Shown here: positions 36,392-43,918 of the stretch, piece by piece
Numbering within the stretch: position 1 is the first letter of the stretch
Layout: the number at the start of each line of letters is the position of its first letter
Source of the DNA: an uncultured Candidatus Peribacteria bacterium
GTDB lineage: Bacteria > Patescibacteriota > Gracilibacteria > UBA1369 > 2-02-FULL-48-14
Direction: 5' to 3'
NCBI GenBank assembly: GCA_964356195.1
Contig: CAYHGP010000001.1
Span: 43,513 to 107,512 of the forward strand
DNA: 64,000 bases
The notes under the pieces: generated by a model
What the model was told of the DNA's origin: nothing
Seen by the model: only the letters and a program-made list of their open reading frames with translations
Database searches by the model: none
Program-made: the position numbers and the translations under genes

Positions 36392-36793
36392 ATGGAATTC
36401 CCTGTCCCCATTTCAGAAAAATATTTGGAAAAGGCTCTGGCCTTACATATTTTTCCTGAGGATATTGAAGAGAACTTTGTTCGTGGAACCGGGGCGGGCG
36501 GGCAAAAAATCAATAAGACATCGAGTTGTGTGTGGCTGAAGCATTTGCCCACCGGAACGGAGGTGAAATGTCAGGAATATCGCCAGCGGGAAGTGAATCG
36601 TAGTGAGGCCTACAAGCTCTTGATTCTAAAAATTGAAGACCGTATTCTTGGCAAAAAATCGGAGCGTGCGCAAAAAGCTTTTAAGCTGAGAAAGCAGAAA
36701 ATGCGCCGTTCACGGAAGGCAAAAGAAAAAACTTTGCAGCACAAAGCGCACCGATCGGTTCTCAAAGAAAATCGGCAAAAAGTTAATTTTTAA
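36392..36793 (+). CDS. arfB: Alternative ribosome rescue factor ArfB (GGQ-domain peptidyl-tRNA hydrolase)
   Basis: 133 aa. GTGAGGQKINKTSSCVWLKHLPTG (RF-1 GGQ domain), followed by a Lys/Arg-rich C-terminal tail. Confidence 0.85.
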   Translation: MEFPVPISEKYLEKALALHIFPEDIEENFVRGTGAGGQKINKTSSCVWLKHLPTGTEVKCQEYRQREVNRSEAYKLLILKIEDRILGKKSERAQKAFKLRKQKMRRSRKAKEKTLQHKAHRSVLKENRQKVNF

Positions 36794-36794
36794 A

Positions 36795-37499
36795 ATGTAT
36801 ACAAAATCGTTTTATTTGACCGGGCAGCAGGGCAACAATGCCTTTGCCTATTCTGCGAGGGGGCCTGAGCCCAGGCTCTATGTGCCTTCCATCCGCGATG
36901 GAACTTTGGAGGACGTGAGGGTCGGGATGGAGGCGGTTTTTGAAGATTTTGATTACGAGGGTGTTTTCCAATCGTGCAAGGGGCTGGAGAATTTTATTCG
37001 TGCGGAGTGGCGGGGGATTCCTGTGATCGTGGTGGATAATCATAATCATGTGTTTTACTTTTGGTACGAGGCCTTGGCAAAAGGACAGCTCCAGCGTGGA
37101 GCGACGCTGATCCACATTGATGCCCACAAAGATGCGCGTATTCCGGAGAAGGCTTTTTCCGGTGGGCCTTTGGAGGAAGTTTTTCGTTATACCAATGAGG
37201 AGCTGAATGTTGGAAATTATATTGTGCCTGCTCAGAAAGAAGGCCTGGTGGGAGAGGTGCAGTTTGTGACCAGCGGAGAGGCGCTTGAGGATCGACGTTT
37301 CGTGGAGACTAAAAATAAAATCCTCAACATTGACCTCGATTTTTTTGCGCCCGAAATGGCTTACATCGATTTTGAAAAAACCAAGCGGTTCATTCTTGAA
37401 CAAGCAAAAACAGCGAGCCTCATTACGGTGTCCACCAGTCCGTTTTTTATAGATCAAGAGTTGGCGATCCGCAGGCTTCTTGACATATTTGGCAAATAG
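36795..37499 (+). CDS. UPF0489-like protein (arginase/deacetylase-fold candidate)
   Basis: VVDNHNHVFYFW, IHIDAHKD and NIDLDFF resemble the conserved His/Asp blocks I associate with the UPF0489 family. This assignment is from memory only. Confidence 0.4.
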   Translation: MYTKSFYLTGQQGNNAFAYSARGPEPRLYVPSIRDGTLEDVRVGMEAVFEDFDYEGVFQSCKGLENFIRAEWRGIPVIVVDNHNHVFYFWYEALAKGQLQRGATLIHIDAHKDARIPEKAFSGGPLEEVFRYTNEELNVGNYIVPAQKEGLVGEVQFVTSGEALEDRRFVETKNKILNIDLDFFAPEMAYIDFEKTKRFILEQAKTASLITVSTSPFFIDQELAIRRLLDIFGK

Positions 37500-37527
37500 G
37501 CTAAAATGTCAAAAATTAACCTGAACC

Positions 37528-38601
37528 ATGGACGACGGACCAAAACATGAACTGGTGGAGAGGCCCGATTTACTCCCCGCGCCTGTACAGATTGAAGAGC
37601 CCCCCAAATTTCGTGGTTTACATCGGAGAAATTTCTCCAGGGCTTTGTATGCGCACGCGGCCCTTGAGCAGTTTCAACTTGAAGTGAGAGGGATGCGCGG
37701 ACGTTTAGAGCTATTTTTGAGGCAATTAGAGGAAGACTCTACGTTAACGAGTCCGGCACATGTGGCGGGTCGTATTGCAAGCCTCACTAGACGGATTGCC
37801 CGTCTTAGCCAAATTGTAAAATTTGCCCGTAGCCAACTGAACGCAGAGACTATTCCCACTGCCATTCTGCCCTCTCCTCACGTCTTCATTTCGACGTACC
37901 GACGTTTGGATGGTTTAGACCTACGAGAGTTGGCGGACATTCAAAAAGAGTATGGAAGACTGGCTCACGACGTGAATAATAGGCTCGCCATTGCCATGGG
38001 AAATGCCAGTCTCATGGGCATTCTGCGTGATTTACAGCAGCTCAAGCCGCGTATCGAAATAGTGATGACTGCGTTGGTGCAAGCGGACGAGGAAATTCAT
38101 GGTGCCTTGGATAAGCGAAAGCTCAGTAACCAAAATATTGCTGGTGCTCTAACGACGCTCGAAGGTTTGAAAACGATCATGACAGGACGTATTGCCGTTC
38201 ATGTCGATTCACGGGTGGAGGGAAAAGATTATTCCGGAGGTATTGCGATGGCGCCCGATCACTTTAGCGGCCTGGTGTTCAACCTCACGGATAATGCACA
38301 AAAAGCGGGTGCAAAAAACATGACAATTTCAGTGAGGGCTGTTCAAGGAGAATTTGTCGTTTCATTTACAGATGATGGCCCCGGATTCAAAGGAAGGAAT
38401 CCATTGGATGCATCTAAAGAGAGTAAAGATATCACCGCAGCTAAGATGGACGGGACCTCTAATGGAAATGGGCTACCCATTTGCTATGACTTTTGTAGAA
38501 AAGCCGGAGGAACTTTGCATCTTGAGAAGGAGAAGGCTTCGGATGCTCCTACGGGTGCCGAATTTACCGTGCGTCTTCCTTTGTTAAAAGGCCGGCGCTA
38601 A
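37528..38601 (+). CDS. Soluble histidine kinase (no TM segments, no adjacent response regulator)
   Basis: H-box LAHDVNNRLAIAMG, N-box LTDNAQKAG, G1 TDDGPGF, G2 NGNGLPIC. Confidence 0.75.
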   Translation: MDDGPKHELVERPDLLPAPVQIEEPPKFRGLHRRNFSRALYAHAALEQFQLEVRGMRGRLELFLRQLEEDSTLTSPAHVAGRIASLTRRIARLSQIVKFARSQLNAETIPTAILPSPHVFISTYRRLDGLDLRELADIQKEYGRLAHDVNNRLAIAMGNASLMGILRDLQQLKPRIEIVMTALVQADEEIHGALDKRKLSNQNIAGALTTLEGLKTIMTGRIAVHVDSRVEGKDYSGGIAMAPDHFSGLVFNLTDNAQKAGAKNMTISVRAVQGEFVVSFTDDGPGFKGRNPLDASKESKDITAAKMDGTSNGNGLPICYDFCRKAGGTLHLEKEKASDAPTGAEFTVRLPLLKGRR

Positions 38602-39781
38602 TCCAAAAGGGGACCATAAAGAGCGGGAAAAGGAGGCTGTTGACGAAAATGGAGTGTACAAATAGGCCCGAGAGTCCTGCGAGGAAACCCAAGGCAACGC
38701 CGTTTTTCCGATGTTTCCAGGCTTGAATAGCGAGAAGGAGGTAGATGCTGAGGAAGGGAAAGAATCCGGCGAGGCCGGTGGTGGCAAGAATATTGAGAAG
38801 ACTGGAATCAGAACCGCTAGCGGAGTGAATGTTGAGGTCTTTTAAGGTGCCGAGTTCAAGCGCGGCGTATTTGTAGCGATTGTAGCCTTGGCCGAGTATC
38901 GGTTTTTCGAGGAAAAGTTGCCAAGCTTCATCCCAAGCTTCAAAGCGCAGGCGAGAGGAGGCGTCCGGCAAGGTGTAGGAGTCGGAAGTTACGGAGGCGA
39001 TGCTGTCCACCAGACTTAAAAAACGGTCTTGTACCGTGGGTAGAACGGCCACCAGCAGAAGGAGTGCGACTCCGAGCCCCGCCAAGAGTTTCACGGAACG
39101 AAAGAGGCCGAAAACGAGGACGGCCGTGATGAGCGCGAGGTAAGCGCTGCGGGAAAGAGTGAGGACCAAGGCGATGAGACCTATGCCGACGATGGGGATG
39201 AAAACTTTACGAAGGGATTTTTGGTCCAGAGCGGCACCGAGCAGAATAGGCGAGATGAAGGCTAAAAATCCTCCCACGAAATTGGGGTCAAACCAGGTGG
39301 AAAGCAGACGGTTTTGGTGAGGGTCCCAGCCCAAATCTTCGAGGCTGGTGAAATCGGGCATAATTTTGAGCTGAATAAAACCGGCGAGGCTGAGCAGCAA
39401 GGCGAAGCCGGCGAGCATCCAGAGGGTGGTGTCTTTTTCAGATTTGCTTTGGTTGAATACAATAATGGAAAGGAAATAAAAGCCGGCCCAGCGGACTCCG
39501 TAAAAGGCGGAGGCTAAAAATCCACCCGTGTCCATTGCGCTTGAGTTCAAGAGGAGAGAGGCAAGGCCAACGGTGACGAAGAGGAGAGCGGGGAGCAGGG
39601 TGGTCGGGAATTTCGGGCAGTCTTTTTGCGCCAGTTTTTTGAGTATCCATGCTCCCACAAATAGAGGTACGAAAAGGTCCACTAAAAGAATGCCGTGGAA
39701 ACGATAGAGCTCAGCCACAAGCGCGAAAAGCAAAGTGAGGCCGAGGCCGATGGTGTTGAATGAGAAGGCTTCTTTACGCAT
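38564..39781 (-). CDS. O-antigen ligase / Wzy_C family membrane protein
   Basis: Polytopic membrane protein containing LTLSRSAYLALI and a periplasmic-loop region typical of Wzy_C-domain proteins. Confidence 0.65.
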   Translation of the reverse strand: MRKEAFSFNTIGLGLTLLFALVAELYRFHGILLVDLFVPLFVGAWILKKLAQKDCPKFPTTLLPALLFVTVGLASLLLNSSAMDTGGFLASAFYGVRWAGFYFLSIIVFNQSKSEKDTTLWMLAGFALLLSLAGFIQLKIMPDFTSLEDLGWDPHQNRLLSTWFDPNFVGGFLAFISPILLGAALDQKSLRKVFIPIVGIGLIALVLTLSRSAYLALITAVLVFGLFRSVKLLAGLGVALLLLVAVLPTVQDRFLSLVDSIASVTSDSYTLPDASSRLRFEAWDEAWQLFLEKPILGQGYNRYKYAALELGTLKDLNIHSASGSDSSLLNILATTGLAGFFPFLSIYLLLAIQAWKHRKNGVALGFLAGLSGLFVHSIFVNSLLFPLFMVPFWISAGLLTKEDAR

Positions 39782-39805
39782 CGGGACTATTGTACACTAG
39801 GGGTC

Positions 39806-40396
39806 ATGAAAATCCTCATTGCCACCAAAAACCCGGGAAAGTTTGAAGAGATTCGCGAGATGCTCACCGGACTCGATGCCGAGTTCGTTTCACTTGAGGA
39901 CCTTGGGATTACGGAGGACTTTAAGGAAGGAAGTCATAGTTTTGAAGAAAATGCACTTGGGAAGGCGCGGTTTTTTCATGAGAAAACCGGCTTGGTAACG
40001 GTGGCGGATGACAGTGGGATTTTTGTAGAAACTTTGGCGGAGGAGCTCGGCATTAAAACGCGGAGATGGGGGGCCGGGGAAGAGGCGAGTGATGAGGAAT
40101 GGCTGGAGCATTTTATGAAACGCATGGAAACTGAAAGCAATCGTAAGGCAGAGTTTGTGTGTGCGGCGGCCTATGTGAGTGGAGGAGAAGAAAAAGTTTT
40201 TAAGGCCGAGACTGTGGGCGTCATTACAAAGACGGTGGAAGTGTCCGTGAAAGCAGGTATTCCGCTTTCCTCTGTTTTTAAAGCCGAGGGATGTGGGAAA
40301 GTTTTTGCAGCTCTTTCGACCGAAGAAAAAAATCAGCTCAGTCACAGGGGCAAGGCTTTTGTTCTTTTAAAAAATTATCTACAAGATCATGCTTAA
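39806..40396 (+). CDS. rdgB: Non-canonical purine NTP pyrophosphatase (dITP/XTP)
   Basis: MKILIATKNPGKFEEI, ADDSGIFV, SHRGKA. Confidence 0.9.
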   Translation: MKILIATKNPGKFEEIREMLTGLDAEFVSLEDLGITEDFKEGSHSFEENALGKARFFHEKTGLVTVADDSGIFVETLAEELGIKTRRWGAGEEASDEEWLEHFMKRMETESNRKAEFVCAAAYVSGGEEKVFKAETVGVITKTVEVSVKAGIPLSSVFKAEGCGKVFAALSTEEKNQLSHRGKAFVLLKNYLQDHA

Positions 40397-40622
40397 GTTG
40401 TATACCTTCCAATCTTGTCCTTACTGCGAAAAAGTTCGCAGAGTTTTTATGTCCGACAAGGTGTCTTATGAGGAAGTGACTGCTGAACGGGGAACCCCTG
40501 GCGCAGAAGAAGTGGAGCGACTGGGAGGCAAACTCCAAGTTCCATTTTTGGTCGATACGGAAGCCGGAATTTCCATGTATGAATCGGACGATATTATTAA
40601 CTATGTACAAAAAAATTCTTAA
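40389..40622 (+). CDS. Glutaredoxin-family small thiol protein
   Basis: 77 aa with a CPYC active site near the N-terminus and VPFLVD (cis-Pro loop region). Confidence 0.8.
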   Translation: MLKLYTFQSCPYCEKVRRVFMSDKVSYEEVTAERGTPGAEEVERLGGKLQVPFLVDTEAGISMYESDDIINYVQKNS

Positions 40623-41163
40623 AAAAATTGAAGAAGAGAACGTCGCCAAAGACGTTTGGATTGTGGGTCCTGAAACGGGCCATATGTTGCATTGGCTGGT
40701 TCGTGTTTTAGAACCGGAGACCGTGCTTGAAATTGGAACCTCCGTGGGTTACAGCGCACTTTGGATCGCTTCTGCTTTACATCACAATGGGAAGGGAAAG
40801 CTCTGGACGGTGGAGTCGCATGATGAACGTTTTGAGCGCGCAAAAGAAAATATCGCCGAGTCCGGTCTTGGGGATCGTATTGTTCAAGTGAAAGGACACG
40901 CCCCTGAAATTTTCGAGAGCAACTCAGGGATTCCGGAAATCATCGATGTTGTTTTTTTTGATGCCACCAAGCAAGAGCATCAGTCCTACTTCGACGCTAT
41001 TTTTCCACGGATGCGTTCCGGCGGCATGATTTTGGTGGACAATGTAAAGTCGCATCGCTTCGGACCGATGCAGGAATTTATTGAAAATGCTCATGCCAAC
41101 AAAGGCTTGAAGGTGGTCGAAATTCCGGTTGGAGACGGGCTGCTTATAGCACGCGTTGTTTAG
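40603..41163 (+). CDS. Class I SAM-dependent O-methyltransferase, family 3 (caffeoyl-CoA OMT / YrrM-TrmR-like)
   Basis: LEIGTSVGYSALWIA, VFFDATKQEHQSYFD, GGMILVDNV. ATG at 40603 (alternative 40579) overlaps the glutaredoxin gene end. Confidence 0.8.
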   Translation: MYKKILKKIEEENVAKDVWIVGPETGHMLHWLVRVLEPETVLEIGTSVGYSALWIASALHHNGKGKLWTVESHDERFERAKENIAESGLGDRIVQVKGHAPEIFESNSGIPEIIDVVFFDATKQEHQSYFDAIFPRMRSGGMILVDNVKSHRFGPMQEFIENAHANKGLKVVEIPVGDGLLIARVV

Positions 41164-43918
41164 GCAGAATGGCTTCGTCCGTTGGAGTGCCGTTGGAGTC
41201 TTCTGAGGGGGTGTCTTCCGGAGGGGGAGTTTCTTCGGAGTCTGTAGAGCTATCGCCAATGCGGACCTGAATAGTGCTTTCTGAAGAGTAGCCATAAATG
41301 TCGATTATTTTTGCAGTCACTTCTAAAATGGTTCCCTCGCGGGCCGTTACCGGGATGGCAATTCGGCCATCGTAAGGAGAGGAAGCAGAGTGATATTTCA
41401 CGGTTCCATTGACGAGGTATTGCACTTCTTTAATGCCGTTTCCGGTGTTCAGAATTTCCACTTCTACCTCGTGTGTGCGTTCTTCGCTGGAAATGGATGA
41501 AAGACTCGTGGGACTTGTTATTGTGAGTTCCGGAATGTGGGAGGCGGTTTCGGCGTTGTGAATATCGTCGGCAGATTCGGTGGGGGGAACGCTTACCTCT
41601 TCTCCTTGCGTAGCGACCCACGCATCAATGTCGCTTTGCCAGTTTGTCCATTCCTCTTTATAAACACGGTAGGTTCGCTCCTCTACGCTGTCTGCGGGGG
41701 AGTAGGGAGTGGCGAGACGACCTGAGATAGTTTCCACTTGTAAGACTTGGTAGGCGTCATCTTGTTCGGTGGGCACGGCGAAGTCGGCAAAAATTTCTGT
41801 GCGAATCATGTCTGAAGGAGTGTATTGATTTGGCAATTTACCGCTCGCCTTGCTAACGGCCACTTCAGTAATTCCTTCGGGACGCACCCATTCCGTGGGC
41901 TCGAGGCGATTCAAGACTTTGGTCATGTAGTTTTTCCAAATAGGAGCAATGGTGTAATAAGCCTCTCCGTTGGAAAACATGGGAGTTCCGTCGGCATTTC
42001 CAGACCAACCAATGGTGACCAGCGTGGGAGTGTAGGCCACTAGCCATCCGTCCTGAGGATATCCGTCATCGTCGGTGGAGGTTCCGGTTTTTGCAGCGTT
42101 GTCGAGGGCCTCCAAGTACATGGCACTTCCAAGGTTCACTGAAGAGTCGGAAAGAATGTCGTTGATGATGTAGGCCACTTGAGGGTCGAGGACTTGGATT
42201 TTTTCAACTTTCTTTTCGTCCCACTGTTCGAGAGGGACTCCGTCGGCGGTTTCTACTTTGAGGATGGCCGTGGGCTCGACTTTGTAACCTCCGTTGGCAA
42301 ACACTCCGTAAGCCTCAGCGAATTGCAAAGGCGTCACTTCTGCAGCTCCCAGGGCCAAAGGATATCCATAGCTGTGAGTCTCATCGAGGGTCAGACCAAA
42401 CTTATTCACATAAGGTACAATGGCCTGCTCTTCTCCCGCGAGAAAGTAGGACTTGGCGGCGGGAATGTTGAGCGAGTTCCCCAAGGCTTGACGCATGGCA
42501 AGAGGGCCGGCGAAAGTTCCCGAAAAGTTTTTTGGAGTGTCGGACCCGAAGTGAGTGAGAACGTCGTAGAAAACGGTAGCTGCCGTGTATTGATTGAGCA
42601 ACGCCAAAGAGTAGACAAAGGGCTTGAAGGAGGACCCCGGCTGACGGTAGCTCGTAATCATATTCACTTGCCCGTCGATTTCTTCGTCGAAGTAGTCGGC
42701 GGAACCCACCATCGCTAAAATTTGTCCTGTTTGTGGCTGGATGGTGATGAGGGCCGCGTTGTTTGCTCCGTAGTTTGTGGCGTTGGCTTCAATTTGTTCG
42801 GAGATGGCTTCTTCCGCCGCCTTTTGGAAATCGGGGTCGAGCGTGGTGTATACTTTCAGACCTCCTTGTTCCACGATTTCACTGCCGTATTTTTCTTCCA
42901 GTTGTTGCTTCACCCAGAGTACGAAATGGGCGGCTGAAATGGTTTCTTTATAGTCCGTGAAGGCGAGCGTTTGGATTTCGATCAGCGCGGCATCTTCTTC
43001 GCTTTGAGTGATCATCCCGAGTTCCACCATACGGTCGAGGACAAGGTCGCTGCGGCCTTTAATATAGAAGGTGCTGGCGTCTGGGAGAGTGAAAGTGGTT
43101 CCCAAAAGTCCGCGCGTGAATTCATCGACACTTAAATCTTCCTCGCCGGTGATGGCGCGGCCCTGTAAATTTTCATCGGTGAGTTCAAAAGTGAGAACGC
43201 TGTATTTGTAGTTTCCATAAGGAGAGTAGCGCGTGGGGGCGCGAGGGATGCTGGCCAGAATTGCCGATTCCGCGAGAGTGAGGTCTTTGGCGTCTACATT
43301 GAAGTAGCGATCGGCCGCGAGTTGAATTCCGTAGGAGTTGTTTCCGTAGGGGATTTCATTGAGATACATCAACAAAATATCGTCTTTGCTGAATTTGAGT
43401 TCAAGAACCAAGGAGGTCACAATTTCGCGATACTTACGGATGTAGCTTCGCTCGGGGGTCAACAAGCTATTTTTTACCAACTGTTGTGTGATGGTGGACC
43501 CTCCACGAGGGGCTCCAATTCCAAATTGTGAGAGCAAGGCCTTGGCTAAAGCGGGAATATCGATTCCCATGTGGCTGTAAAAATTATCATCCTCAATAGC
43601 GATGGTGGCATCGATGAGTGAAGGCGAAATTTGGTCGAGAGAATCCAAAGACTCACGGTTTTCTTCTCCGTGGATGGTGTAGAGGAGGTTCCCCTCTCGG
43701 TCCATGATCAGTGTCGAATCTTTAGCGGCAACATTGCCGGGATTGAAGGTGAACAAAATCCAAAGTGCGTAGAAAACAGTCAGAACAAATATCGTTCCGA
43801 GTACGGCTAAAATACCAATGAGGCCATAGCGCAGGAAACGGTTTTTCTTGCTCATTGAGGGATGAGGCTTGAGGCGGTCCCAACCTTTCCGAATGGCGGT
43901 TTTGGTCCAATTTTTCAT
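41144..43918 (-). CDS. Class A penicillin-binding protein (glycosyltransferase GT51 plus transpeptidase)
   Basis: N-terminal TM anchor. GT51 motifs EDDNFYSHMGID, GGSTITQQL and RKYRE. Transpeptidase motifs SSFKP, SLN and KTGT. There is a ~200-aa C-terminal extension ending in a Ser/Thr/Pro/Glu-rich tail. Confidence 0.92.
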   Translation of the reverse strand: MKNWTKTAIRKGWDRLKPHPSMSKKNRFLRYGLIGILAVLGTIFVLTVFYALWILFTFNPGNVAAKDSTLIMDREGNLLYTIHGEENRESLDSLDQISPSLIDATIAIEDDNFYSHMGIDIPALAKALLSQFGIGAPRGGSTITQQLVKNSLLTPERSYIRKYREIVTSLVLELKFSKDDILLMYLNEIPYGNNSYGIQLAADRYFNVDAKDLTLAESAILASIPRAPTRYSPYGNYKYSVLTFELTDENLQGRAITGEEDLSVDEFTRGLLGTTFTLPDASTFYIKGRSDLVLDRMVELGMITQSEEDAALIEIQTLAFTDYKETISAAHFVLWVKQQLEEKYGSEIVEQGGLKVYTTLDPDFQKAAEEAISEQIEANATNYGANNAALITIQPQTGQILAMVGSADYFDEEIDGQVNMITSYRQPGSSFKPFVYSLALLNQYTAATVFYDVLTHFGSDTPKNFSGTFAGPLAMRQALGNSLNIPAAKSYFLAGEEQAIVPYVNKFGLTLDETHSYGYPLALGAAEVTPLQFAEAYGVFANGGYKVEPTAILKVETADGVPLEQWDEKKVEKIQVLDPQVAYIINDILSDSSVNLGSAMYLEALDNAAKTGTSTDDDGYPQDGWLVAYTPTLVTIGWSGNADGTPMFSNGEAYYTIAPIWKNYMTKVLNRLEPTEWVRPEGITEVAVSKASGKLPNQYTPSDMIRTEIFADFAVPTEQDDAYQVLQVETISGRLATPYSPADSVEERTYRVYKEEWTNWQSDIDAWVATQGEEVSVPPTESADDIHNAETASHIPELTITSPTSLSSISSEERTHEVEVEILNTGNGIKEVQYLVNGTVKYHSASSPYDGRIAIPVTAREGTILEVTAKIIDIYGYSSESTIQVRIGDSSTDSEETPPPEDTPSEDSNGTPTDEAILPKQRVL

